Part shown: positions 56,501 to 64,000 of the stretch, piece after piece
Numbering within the stretch: position 1 is the first letter of the stretch
Layout of the letters: every line of letters begins with the position of its first letter
Assembly: GCA_045657625.1 (NCBI GenBank)
Contig: JAZOTM010000003.1
Location: 5,574 to 69,573, forward strand
Reading direction: 5' to 3'
From: Lachnospiraceae bacterium
Lineage (GTDB): Bacteria > Bacillota > Clostridia > Lachnospirales > Lachnospiraceae
DNA: 64,000 nt
Program-made: the position numbers and the translations under genes
Notes under the pieces: model-generated
What the model was told of the DNA's origin: nothing
Database searches by the model: none
What the model saw: the letters and a program-made list of their open reading frames with translations, nothing else

Positions 56501-57297
56501 ATGCGGTAGGTACTTTGACTTATACCTTGACTTGTTCCGGAGATACCGCTTCTTTGGAAAATCATACAGCCACAGTGGTTGGAGATAATGTGGAGACCTA
56601 TACCTTAAAGGTGAGTTATACACCATATACCTTAGAAGCAAGAAAAAATACGGCAACAACTGCAGGGTATGTGGTACCAAACAGCAGTTTTAATGGCCAC
56701 ACATTGAAAACTTCCAAAGAAACTTCAGGAAAGTATGTGATTTCTGTAGTAGCAGGAACCATTACCATTACAAAAACAATTTCCAAAGAGGACTATAAGG
56801 AAATTAAGGGAGATCCAATTTTTACCTTCCAAATCAAAAACACGACTACCGGAGATGTATATTATAAAACTCTTCGATTTACCAGTGGGGTGGAAGAGAC
56901 AAATGGAAATTATACTTTGTCTGTTGTGCTTACGGATATGAAGAGAGGCATCTATGAGGTTACGGAGCTTTCAACTATGCGGTTTACTTTAGATGAAGTG
57001 ACGATTTCTTCCAGCCAAAAGCAATTACCATCCAAGAGTATGGAAAACGGATATTGTTTTGCTATTGGATATTCTTCTACGGCTGCTGACACAGCATTAG
57101 AAACCCTTGCTTATAAGGATGCAACCATTTCTTTTGTAAACAGTATGGAAGTAGAAAACTATTTCTCAGATACGGACGTGGTGGTAAATACTTATCGGGT
57201 ATCTGATGGAAAAGTAATTTCCGGTGCAGAGGTACAGGATCGTTTAAATGGTTCTGCTAAGATTTACAGTGCTGCAGATTTCACAACAGTGGAGTAA
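53590..57297 (+). CDS. Large secreted vWA-domain / Cna-B-like adhesin without a recognisable anchor
   Basis: Signal peptide RRVWKSILATGLIASMSLG...VYASE. MIDAS DMSGS (55126..55140). Cna-B-like GTYTLTENQLMGYETPNHTWTVTVTE. The alternative start is ATG 53572. Confidence 0.8.
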   Translation: MRRVWKSILATGLIASMSLGELSTVYASETQESIDTSIYMESQESTETSSDVVIDADTTESTEVAAESTEGTSEATTATTKATEDIADATEETSAEVREAELSFTSNVASDGVTVTISGPESAFPSAALTVALEVKEDDDYIEEVVSASDVSIADYVAYDITLLVDGVEVEPLGEVSVVFSANTLGDASAEVYHVNEETNTLDAVTETSVTEDSISMTTDHFSTYLVGASDTRWGVQTTYGYIQTDKDPKNGDYSIVGEIYYNGQKIDSSDEKIFKSKTHKFTAVAAEGYTLEKVTYYYTYAYYYDNWSNGQTEEKVWDCSQSFTMEYKYNSWEYDEGKNDYRGYFVLHVRAYFVDKTKSVDVAFTTKNSMTENVIQGVSFSLAGEDGTTYTATSDSSGDVSFSGIPLGTYTLTENQLMGYETPNHTWTVTVTETDTYTIVSDSTEEADLEGSYSEGYVVWITPQTEPVVSTDKDTDLYDWDNRIYQVKLEGSAMQQVVETASEPVNVVLVLDMSGSMLFPNDLTNETTMYIWNLDTSKTYYYIVEDEAGTVYTVQYRTESGVSGWYYKDSSYVYANSGQSWTLITDKSSVLNYYKSYKFYTSPSVGASIRLQDTKAAAESFIKTLAEANEKNQVAIVTFAKSTSSKTEIVCGLTELSESNVETLLSEIEGLSTDGGTNQYAGLELANSILTSNTESATDHSAIVLISDGTINENVEDSYKETQISTAQSLATVYTVGIDINVNATVKEKASTLLKEIATDENRFYEVGSDALHAILSSIAVDILGSIPLTATVVDYIDERFQLVDTSGNALSVGDTISARQVTDGKIVTINGTIGEDENGVYVKWESDGLNGFIAEFYVQAKEDFLGGYVVKTNELVSNITATSTEGEIVSETFPVPTVNVKLLDLSMGDLSETLFLGDEISSGEFAEALNETILFNETNGSLQLTVAQIATLMETGTVEVPYSYGDTNDAVGTLTYTLTCSGDTASLENHTATVVGDNVETYTLKVSYTPYTLEARKNTATTAGYVVPNSSFNGHTLKTSKETSGKYVISVVAGTITITKTISKEDYKEIKGDPIFTFQIKNTTTGDVYYKTLRFTSGVEETNGNYTLSVVLTDMKRGIYEVTELSTMRFTLDEVTISSSQKQLPSKSMENGYCFAIGYSSTAADTALETLAYKDATISFVNSMEVENYFSDTDVVVNTYRVSDGKVISGAEVQDRLNGSAKIYSAADFTTVE

Positions 57298-57309
57298 GGG
57301 AGAGGGAAA

Positions 57310-57915
57310 ATGAAAATAAAGTGGAATAGAATAACAAAAAAAACAGCCCTCCTAATTGTAGCAGTGGTTGGAATATTGACAGTGGGAGTGGGAAGTACCT
57401 ATGCAGTGGTTTTATCCCATACTGCAAATACAGTGACGAATACTTTTACCATTGGCTCCGTGGAGACGGAGATTTATGAAGATACCTCTTCCTACGGGAC
57501 CAAAACCGTACAGGTGGTAAATACCGGAGATAGCCCCTGCTTGATTCGCGTGAGAGTCCATGTATCACCGGAAGATGCAGGCGTGACCATTACCGGGTGG
57601 GATACGGAACACTGGTCTACTTTACAGGAGGACGGTTACTATTATTATTTAGGAGTCCTGTCTGATAAAGGAGAAAATGCTACTTATTATGCTACACCGG
57701 CATTGTTTACCGGTTACACTGTAGCAGGTGTTGATGAAAATGGAAATGTGGAAGATGGAACGACTGTTCCGGATTTTTCCATTACGGTTTATCAGGAAAG
57801 CATTCAATACGAAGCGACCAATGAAGTCGGAGAAACCCTAACAGTCTATGATGAAAATGGGAACTTTTCTTTGGCGCAGGCCAAAGAGTTGTATGCCCTA
57901 TATGAAAGTAAGTAA
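57310..57915 (+). CDS. TasA/BsaA-like protein with SipW-type signal peptide (paralogue 2)
   Basis: ...LLIVAVVGILTVGVGSTYAVVLSHTANTVTNTFTIGSVETEIYED. C-terminal FSITVYQESIQYEA. Confidence 0.75.
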   Translation: MKIKWNRITKKTALLIVAVVGILTVGVGSTYAVVLSHTANTVTNTFTIGSVETEIYEDTSSYGTKTVQVVNTGDSPCLIRVRVHVSPEDAGVTITGWDTEHWSTLQEDGYYYYLGVLSDKGENATYYATPALFTGYTVAGVDENGNVEDGTTVPDFSITVYQESIQYEATNEVGETLTVYDENGNFSLAQAKELYALYESK

Positions 57916-57937
57916 GAGAAAGTGAAAAGGAAGTATT

Positions 57938-58450
57938 ATGATTCAGAAGATATGTAATGTGTTATCTACAATGATTTTAATAGTTTTATTACTGATGGCA
58001 GCGGCTTTGTTTGTGCCGAAACTTCTGGGGATGAACGAGTATGCAGTGTTGACCGGAAGTATGGAACCTACCATTTCCGTTGGATCTTTGGTGTATGACT
58101 GGGAATTCGAGGAGACTGAATTAGAAGTTGGTGATATTGTGACCTATCAGATTTCCGAAGGAACCTTGGTGACGCATCGAGTAGTGGAAATCAATGAAGA
58201 AGAGGCAACAGTTATTACCCAGGGAGATGCCAATAATGCAGAAGATGCAAATCCGGTACCTTTTGAAAATATTGTAGGGGTATGTACTTTTCATATACCG
58301 GCCTTGGGATATATTTCTATTTACATGAGAACCGGTTTGGGGATTGGCGTGATTTGCGGAATTGTTGTAGTGATTTTGTTATTAAACTATTTACCGGACC
58401 TGCTTTCAAAAGAGAGTAAGAAAGCTGTTACTGAAAAAGAAGAAATTTAG
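57938..58450 (+). CDS. sipW: Signal peptidase I, SipW (archaeal/ER) type
   Basis: N-terminal TM, LTGSMEPTISVGSLV (catalytic Ser), VTHRVVEI (His), C-terminal TM. Confidence 0.85.
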   Translation: MIQKICNVLSTMILIVLLLMAAALFVPKLLGMNEYAVLTGSMEPTISVGSLVYDWEFEETELEVGDIVTYQISEGTLVTHRVVEINEEEATVITQGDANNAEDANPVPFENIVGVCTFHIPALGYISIYMRTGLGIGVICGIVVVILLLNYLPDLLSKESKKAVTEKEEI

Positions 58451-58454
58451 AATT

Positions 58455-58488
58455 ATATGACCATGGTGTGACCAAGGCTTGTTACAAT
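58455..58488 (+). promoter_or_regulatory. Heptamer-repeat promoter P3
   Basis: ATATGAC (58455), N4, GTGTGAC (58466), N10, TACAAT (58483). Confidence 0.55.
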
Positions 58489-58534
58489 CGGTCTATAGAA
58501 TAAAACAAATTTATTTTTTAAGGAGAGTATTCAG

Positions 58535-59191
58535 ATGAAAAACAAGAAATTAGTTGTAACTTTAGGCGCTGTAGCATTGATCGCTGCAATTGGGGTAGGC
58601 AGTACTTTTGCATATTTGACAGCTACCACAGACACTGTTACCAATACTTTCACAATTGGTGAAGTGACTTTCACAACTCCGGATCCAGATCCAAATGATC
58701 CAGATTCCAGCATCAATTCCGGACTTGTAGAATCTGCTGTAGAAAGAGATGAGACCGGTGCATATGTAGATGCTGACGGAGATGATACATGGACTGTTAC
58801 CGGAAATGATTATACAGATGTATTACCTGGCGAAGTGATTTACAAAGATCCTACCGTTCTTGGTTTGACAGAGGATTCTGTTGATGCATATGTATTTGTT
58901 ACCGTTGCAGGCGAAGATGAAAGCCTTAGTGTAACAGAATATTCTAGCGAATGGACAGAATTAGGTAAAACTGACGATGGAAAGACTGTATTATATCGTG
59001 TATATGACAGTGCTGATGCAAAAAAAACTCCATCTACTATTTTCAGTTCTGTAACAGTTTCTACTGATGCAGATGAAGATACTGAGTTTACAGATATTGT
59101 AATTAATGCATATGCAATTCAGATGGCAGGCTTTGATTCACCAGAAGCTGCATTCGCTCAGTTTTCTGAACAGGCAGGAACATTAAAATAA
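58535..59191 (+). CDS. TasA/BsaA-like protein with SipW-type signal peptide (paralogue 3, own promoter)
   Basis: MKNKKLVVTLGAVALIAAIGVGSTFAYLTATTDTVTNTFTIGEV. C-terminal FTDIVINAYAIQMAGF. SD AAGGAGAG. Confidence 0.8.
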   Translation: MKNKKLVVTLGAVALIAAIGVGSTFAYLTATTDTVTNTFTIGEVTFTTPDPDPNDPDSSINSGLVESAVERDETGAYVDADGDDTWTVTGNDYTDVLPGEVIYKDPTVLGLTEDSVDAYVFVTVAGEDESLSVTEYSSEWTELGKTDDGKTVLYRVYDSADAKKTPSTIFSSVTVSTDADEDTEFTDIVINAYAIQMAGFDSPEAAFAQFSEQAGTLK

Positions 59192-59357
59192 ACTGAAAAA
59201 ATAAATACTTTTCAGAAAACAATATTTTTGGTATAATTATATGGAATATGTGAAATGAATTTGCTTTATAAAAGGATTTTCAATGGAAGTGTAAGGATAC
59301 CGGACGATGGAAGTCGTCTCGAAGGGCCGTTTTAGCGGAACGGTCGAAAGGAGCAAG

Positions 59358-59585
59358 ATGAAAAAAACGTCATTAGGCAACAGCCAAAACTTTGTAGTTA
59401 CAGTGCGTAGCCAAGAGAATCATACTTGGCAGGGAACCGTTTCCTGGGTAGAAGGGAAACAGCAGTCAAATTTCCGAAGCGTTTTGGAATTGTTGCATTT
59501 GATGGACTCTGCAATTACTCCGGAGGAGGAAGATGTAGAAGACTTGATGAATGATTCGAAGACGATGGAAGAAGTAGAAAAGTAA
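59358..59585 (+). CDS. Small protein, single beta-beta-WQG-helix module
   Basis: Preferred start is ATG 59358 (SD AAAGGAG). Sequence QNFVVTVRSQENHTWQGTVSWVEGKQQSNFRSVLELLHLMDSAI. Confidence 0.6.
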   Translation: MKKTSLGNSQNFVVTVRSQENHTWQGTVSWVEGKQQSNFRSVLELLHLMDSAITPEEEDVEDLMNDSKTMEEVEK

Positions 59586-59592
59586 TCAAGAC

Positions 59593-59629
59593 GGATGGAT
59601 TTGAGAAGACTCAAATCCATCCTTTTTTT
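59593..59629 (+). terminator. Intrinsic terminator
   Basis: GGATGGATTTGA-GAAGAC-TCAAATCCATCC followed by T7. Confidence 0.85.
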
Positions 59630-59761
59630 ATATCATAGGAAATTCCATTCCTATGATATAAAAAAGCGCTCCGCTATGGAAGCGCACGCGCGCGAGATGT
59701 AAATGTTGCATAAATGCAACCGCGCCTGGCGCGAGAATGTCGCATGCGACATTCTTTCTTG
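59625..59761 (+). repeat. 137-bp multi-hairpin repeat, family 2, copy 2
   Basis: Matches 32808..32944 with 2 substitutions (G>A, T>C). Same orientation, and again abuts the T-run of a terminator. Confidence 0.9.
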
Positions 59762-59887
59762 CGTCATAGGAAGGTTTGACCTAAAAATACTTTTGGATTT
59801 TTTATGATATAAATTCTTAATTATGATAGACTAAGGGTAGTTGTTTTGACAGAAAAGGAAAGTTGGCAGGACATAAAGGACAGTGAC

Positions 59888-60628
59888 ATGAAGAAAAAGA
59901 AGGGAAATGCACTTTTATTTCTAGGAGTGCTATTGGTTTTGGCCGGATTAGGATATCTTGGTTATATGTTTTACAGTTATAAAAAAGCAGAGGATGCTTT
60001 CGCTGAAATTGCGGATACTTACGTAGAGCAGCAAGAAGAGGAGACACAGTGGTGGGAGACATTATCCATTGACTTTGAAGGCCTGAAAGAACGAAATCCC
60101 GACGTAATTGGATGGATTTATATGCCGGGAAATGAATACATCAATTATCCTATTTTACAAGGAGAAGATGATGATACCTATTTGCGAAGGGATTTGGATG
60201 GCAATGCTTCTTCCAGTGGATCGATTTTTATGGAGACATTAAATGCCAGTGATTTTTCAGATTATCATACCATTTTGTATGGGCATAATATGAGAAATAA
60301 ATCCATGTTTGGGTCATTGAAATTATTCAAAGACGAATCTTATTATGAAGAGCATAGTATCTTCTATATTTACACGGAGAATGCGGCGTATTGCTACACC
60401 ATCTTTTCTTATCATGATGTGCCGGAGGATAGTTCTATTTATACTATTGGGTTCCAACCGGGTGAAATCTATGAAGCCTTTTTGGAAGAACTGCTTCGTG
60501 CATCCTATTATGATTGTGGTGTGGAAGTAAACGAGGAAGATCAAGTGGTGACATTATCGACCTGTTCTGCTACCGGGTATCGTTTTGTGGTACATGGTGT
60601 TTTGACGGAAATCCATGTATATGAATAA
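59888..60628 (+). CDS. srtB: Class B sortase
   Basis: N-terminal TM, DVIGWIYMPGNEYINYPILQG, ILYGHNM (His), TLSTCS (Cys), RFVVHG (Arg). Preferred start is ATG 59888; the track ORF starts at TTG 59846. Confidence 0.85.
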   Translation: MKKKKGNALLFLGVLLVLAGLGYLGYMFYSYKKAEDAFAEIADTYVEQQEEETQWWETLSIDFEGLKERNPDVIGWIYMPGNEYINYPILQGEDDDTYLRRDLDGNASSSGSIFMETLNASDFSDYHTILYGHNMRNKSMFGSLKLFKDESYYEEHSIFYIYTENAAYCYTIFSYHDVPEDSSIYTIGFQPGEIYEAFLEELLRASYYDCGVEVNEEDQVVTLSTCSATGYRFVVHGVLTEIHVYE

Positions 60629-60645
60629 GAAATTGGAGTTATAAA

Positions 60646-61311
60646 ATGAGTTATTGTAAGAATTGTAAAGTAGAAATCGGTGATCAGACCAGTGTTTGTC
60701 CTTTGTGCCAAAATGTTATGGAGGAAGGACCTAAAGTAGAAAATATGTATCCGGATATTCGCCAATTAGAAAAGAAAGTGGCGCTGGCATCTCGAATTTA
60801 TATTTTCCTTGCTATTTTAACAGAGGCAATTCTGGTTCATATAAATGCGACACTTACTCCGCAAATATGGTGGAGTGCCATTGTGGGTGGTGCCTTTTTG
60901 TTGATATATATTGGATTGAAACTGTTGATTGAGTATGAGTATACATATCGCAGCCGTATTTTTCTATTAACCATTGCAGGAACGGCTTATTTGGTTTTGA
61001 TTGACTATGTCGTTGGATTTTATGGCTGGTCTTTGGAATTTTGTTTGCCATCCTTTATTTTGGCGATTGATGTAGTGATTGCATTTTTGATGATTTTTAA
61101 TCGTAGAAATTGGCAAAGCTATATGACTTGGCAATTGGTGATGCTGGGTTGGAGCTTTTTAAATATGTTGTTGATTTATATTGTGCATGGACATATTTAT
61201 TTCATGGTGTATATTGCGGGAGCGATTACTTTTTTCTTTTTCCTTGGAACGTTTATCATTGGGGGAAAGAGATCTGCGGCAGAAATGAAACGTCGCTTTC
61301 ATATTGATTAA
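60646..61311 (+). CDS. Zinc-ribbon membrane protein, unknown function
   Basis: CKNCK..x..CPLCQ followed by 5 TM helices. Confidence 0.6.
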   Translation: MSYCKNCKVEIGDQTSVCPLCQNVMEEGPKVENMYPDIRQLEKKVALASRIYIFLAILTEAILVHINATLTPQIWWSAIVGGAFLLIYIGLKLLIEYEYTYRSRIFLLTIAGTAYLVLIDYVVGFYGWSLEFCLPSFILAIDVVIAFLMIFNRRNWQSYMTWQLVMLGWSFLNMLLIYIVHGHIYFMVYIAGAITFFFFLGTFIIGGKRSAAEMKRRFHID

Positions 61312-61413
61312 GAGAAATATGCAGAGAATTAGGATGATGTGTTGATTTATAATTGACGGAGTACGCTAAGGTGCGAGAATGCCACAAAGGGCATTCTTGC
61401 TTTAGCAGTGAAA

Positions 61414-62646
61414 TTATTTATGCATAAGATGAGGAACCTCTAAAAATGCGGGGGTTCCTTTTTTATAGGCAACTTCCGGTTCGCCTTGAATCAACGGCTC
61501 CATATAAGTAAAGAGTGCATCTGTGATATCGCAATGGTTTTCTGCAATCCAAGAAAGCGGAACTTTTTTCTCTTGGTTGGCGATGTCGCCAATTGGAGCG
61601 TAGGAATAAGATACTTGATAAGGGGCATCGGAAGTACGATTGATGGTAACCATGATGCCGGTTTTTCCTTCCTGGGCAAAAAGGGTTGCTTGTTTTCCTT
61701 CTTCAAAGGATTCCTCTAAATCTGTTTTCGATGTCAAGTGAGCTGCAGCACGCTGCAATACATTGATTTCTACAGAACGAACTTTTATGGAAAAGTGTTC
61801 TTTTACCAAATATTCTAAGGTTTTTCCGGTGCCGGACAATTGATTATGGCCGAAAGCATCGGCGGTGTCTGTAGCGGAAATATAGTTGCCTTTTTCATCA
61901 CGTACCCCTTCAGAAACTGCAATGATGACATTGCGATGTTCTTTTTGGGCGTTTTTGATATCTTCTATAAATTGTTCTGTTTGGAAGGGAGCTTCCGGAA
62001 GGTAAATTAAATGGGGAGCACCCATACCGTTTGCTCTTGCTAAAGCAGAGGCAGCGGTTAACCAACCGGCATCGCGGCCCATGATTTCCACGATGGTAAT
62101 ACTTGGAACCGGATAAATATATGCGTCATAGGCGATTTCCTGCAAAGTGGTTGCGATGTACTTTGCTGCGGAACCATATCCTGGTGTATGATCGGTGCAA
62201 ACCAAGTCATTATCAATGGTTTTTGGAATTCCAATAAATTGAATAGGGCTGTTGATATGCGCTCCATACTGCGACAATTTCAAAACGGTGTCCATGGAGT
62301 CATTGCCTCCAATGTAGAAAAAGGCCTGTACTTCTTTCTCTTCTAAAAATTGAAAAATTTGTTCGTAAATTTCAGGGGTTTCTTCGTAAGATTTTAGTCG
62401 ATATCGGCAAGAACCAAGATACATAGCGGGGGTAGTCATTAAGCGAGAAACCGCATCCCCATTGTTTTGAAATAAGTCACTTAAAGAAATAAGATTATGA
62501 TTTAAAATGCCTTCAATTCCGTGAACGGAACCGTAGATCTCGTCGAAAAACGAGGACTCTAAAATGCCGGAAATGACACCGGCTAAACTGGCATTGATGG
62601 CGGCTGTCGGACCGCCGGATTGTGCGACAATACAATTCTTTTTCAT
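61414..62646 (-). CDS. pfk: 6-phosphofructokinase (ATP- or PPi-dependent, long type)
   Basis: AQSGGPTAAINAS, GGNDS, IPKTIDNDL and MGRDAGW motifs. Confidence 0.85.
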   Translation of the reverse strand: MKKNCIVAQSGGPTAAINASLAGVISGILESSFFDEIYGSVHGIEGILNHNLISLSDLFQNNGDAVSRLMTTPAMYLGSCRYRLKSYEETPEIYEQIFQFLEEKEVQAFFYIGGNDSMDTVLKLSQYGAHINSPIQFIGIPKTIDNDLVCTDHTPGYGSAAKYIATTLQEIAYDAYIYPVPSITIVEIMGRDAGWLTAASALARANGMGAPHLIYLPEAPFQTEQFIEDIKNAQKEHRNVIIAVSEGVRDEKGNYISATDTADAFGHNQLSGTGKTLEYLVKEHFSIKVRSVEINVLQRAAAHLTSKTDLEESFEEGKQATLFAQEGKTGIMVTINRTSDAPYQVSYSYAPIGDIANQEKKVPLSWIAENHCDITDALFTYMEPLIQGEPEVAYKKGTPAFLEVPHLMHK

Positions 62647-62851
62647 AAAAGTCAGATTACTCCTACCTCATTAATTAATAACCTTCAACACTATATATGA
62701 AATTTTTGAAAAGTTCAAGGGACAGTGAAAAGAATATTTTACCTAAATTTCACAAAATGGGAAGGGGGCACAGGTTGACTGAAAAATGATGGTTTTTTAT
62801 AATAAGGGATGAAAGTCGTTGGGGAAACGACAGAAGAGGAGTATAAGGGAC

Positions 62852-63643
62852 ATGTTTCAAACAATAAATACATTTTTAATTGCAACGGCAGGATCTACAG
62901 AACTGCCTATTTCTGAAGCTTATGAGGAGTTATCGCAACAGTTTACATCCTTTATTCAGATGGCTAGAATCGTTTTTGTTGTGATGGCTGTTTTGAATAT
63001 TTTACTTGTTATTTCTGTGATTGTACTGGCTGTAAAGCTTGGCAAATCCAAAAAAGTAGCAGAACAGGAAACGCTGAATGACGTTTTGCTTCCGGAGAAA
63101 AAAATCGATGAACTCATGAAACGTGAAGAAGTCTATGATTCTATGTTGCGTGAGATGGAGACTCCGGTGTCTTTGCAAGTAGATGATTTTGATTTTGCGG
63201 AAGAATCCGAAGAAAAACCGGAGACAAAGCAAGTTTCTACATCCACCGAAGAATTGCAGTCTATTTGGGAGCAGGCTATTGCAGAGACAGAAGCAAAGGA
63301 AAGACGCGAAGCTTCAGCAGTAGCTGTGGAAGAATCTGAACCGGAAGAAGAACCGGCAAATGAGAGTCGTGGTTTGTTGCGTTTCTTCAAAGTCGAAGAA
63401 GAGGATGATTTAGAAGAAGAGGAATTAGACTGGGATGAACTCGAAAAAGAGTACAAAGAAGAAATCGATGAAAAGGCTTTAAAACGCCAGGAAAAAGAAG
63501 AAAGAAAACGTATGGCAAAGGAAGCCAAAGAAGAAAAGAAGTTGCAGAAGCAGCAGAAAAAAGCAGAAAAATCAAAGAAAAAGGAAGAAAGCGTTTCTTC
63601 TGACTTTGATGACATTGAAGTCATTGACTTGAATGATTTATAG
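62852..63643 (+). CDS. Single-pass membrane protein with E/K-rich charged tail
   Basis: TM is IVFVVMAVLNILLVISVIVLAV, followed by a highly charged region (EEEDDLEEEE, KKLQKQQKKAEKSKKK). The start is uncertain (TTG 62819 or ATG 62852). Confidence 0.55.
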   Translation: MFQTINTFLIATAGSTELPISEAYEELSQQFTSFIQMARIVFVVMAVLNILLVISVIVLAVKLGKSKKVAEQETLNDVLLPEKKIDELMKREEVYDSMLREMETPVSLQVDDFDFAEESEEKPETKQVSTSTEELQSIWEQAIAETEAKERREASAVAVEESEPEEEPANESRGLLRFFKVEEEDDLEEEELDWDELEKEYKEEIDEKALKRQEKEERKRMAKEAKEEKKLQKQQKKAEKSKKKEESVSSDFDDIEVIDLNDL

Positions 63644-63672
63644 ACGTAATAAGAAGACAACGGAGGTAGTAC

Positions 63673-64000
63673 ATGCAGAAAGCATATACCGAAAAAGCGA
63701 AAAAAGTCATGGGTTTCGCAGGGAAAATCTCCAAATCCATGCATCATAATTATATTGGAACCGAACATTTGCTGGTGGGCTTGGTGCGGGAAGGCACTGG
63801 CGTAGCAGCAAAAGTTTTATTGGAAGCCGGGGTAGAAGAAGAAAAATTATTAGACCTCATTGAACATTTGATTGCTCCTTCCGGAGAAGTGGTGATTCTG
63901 GACAAGGATGGTTACTCTCCCCGTATAGCAGAAGTATTGGAAAATGCGGAAAAAGAAGCAGAACGTTTTCATAGCGAGAAAATCGGTACGGAACATTTGC
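63673..64000 (+). CDS. clpC: ClpC-type AAA+ chaperone, N-terminal fragment (runs off window)
   Basis: Two Clp_N repeats: HNYIGTEHLLVGLVREGTGVAAKVL and SEKIGTEHL. SD GGAGG. No stop before the window end. Confidence 0.85.
   Translation, partial: MQKAYTEKAKKVMGFAGKISKSMHHNYIGTEHLLVGLVREGTGVAAKVLLEAGVEEEKLLDLIEHLIAPSGEVVILDKDGYSPRIAEVLENAEKEAERFHSEKIGTEHL

Noticed and set aside
58477-58499. Alternative reading of P3 with the second heptamer as GCTTGTT/TTGTTAC and the -10 as TATAGA (58494).
   Set aside because: The heptamer match is poorer (3-5 of 7) and the spacing becomes irregular. The ATATGAC-N4-GTGTGAC-N10-TACAAT reading reproduces the exact geometry of P1 and P2.
32808-59761. Possibility that the two family-2 repeats delimit a 27-kb mobile island.
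   Set aside because: The interval contains core housekeeping genes (ilvE, rsmF, flavodoxin) and no integrase or transposase, and I saw no obvious compositional shift. A dispersed REP/MITE-like element is more likely.
63133-63768. 211-aa Ser/Phe-rich minus-strand ORF.
   Set aside because: It is the mirror image of the E/K-rich coding strand (GAA/AAG repeats read as TTC/CTT). The + strand gene has a TM segment and a plausible SD.

Overview
This looks like a low-GC Firmicutes (Clostridia, gut-anaerobe type) chromosome segment. It is gene-dense and mostly + strand. The taxon guess and all product calls rest on motif recognition by eye, because no database search was possible.

Blocks in order:
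1. 0-7.3 kb: MFS transporter fragment, zinc-ribbon surface protein, domain-permuted GH3 glycosidase, radical SAM enzyme.
2. 7.3-19.1 kb: a visibly AT-richer island, delimited and subdivided by three direct copies of a 65-bp hairpin repeat. It carries a two-gene membrane module and a complete type III-A CRISPR-Cas locus (cas6-cas10-csm2-csm5, a 10-repeat array embedded in the operon, cas1-cas2, csm6).
3. 19.2-26 kb: an SPL-like radical SAM gene and a five-gene polyamine operon behind a terminator-containing leader.
4. 26-31.5 kb: ECF S component, CapA, receiver-HD-GYP, and a FapA/DUF342 protein with nine 26-aa N-terminal repeats.
5. 31.5-40.7 kb: metal homeostasis cluster. It holds a short DtxR-type repressor, FeoA, an atypical Fur-like protein, a ZIP transporter, an SCA-motif P-type ATPase, a flavodoxin operon, and arsR-HMA-cadA.
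6. 40.7-43.3 kb: rsmF-like and ilvE.
7. 43.3-60.6 kb: two c-di-GMP enzymes and an HxxxDG acyltransferase, followed by the part I consider most interesting. This is a surface-fibre locus with three TasA/BsaA-like proteins carrying SipW-type signal peptides, sipW, a 1.2-kaa vWA/Cna-B protein, a VQTG-sorted protein, and class B sortase. Three promoters in it share an identical heptamer direct-repeat geometry. It also encodes a SARP/BTAD activator fused to a degenerate GGDEF domain that keeps an RxxD I-site.
8. 60.6-64 kb: membrane zinc-ribbon protein, phosphofructokinase, E/K-rich protein, and the clpC 5' end.

A second intergenic repeat family (137 bp, four hairpins) occurs twice, at 32.8 kb and 59.6 kb.
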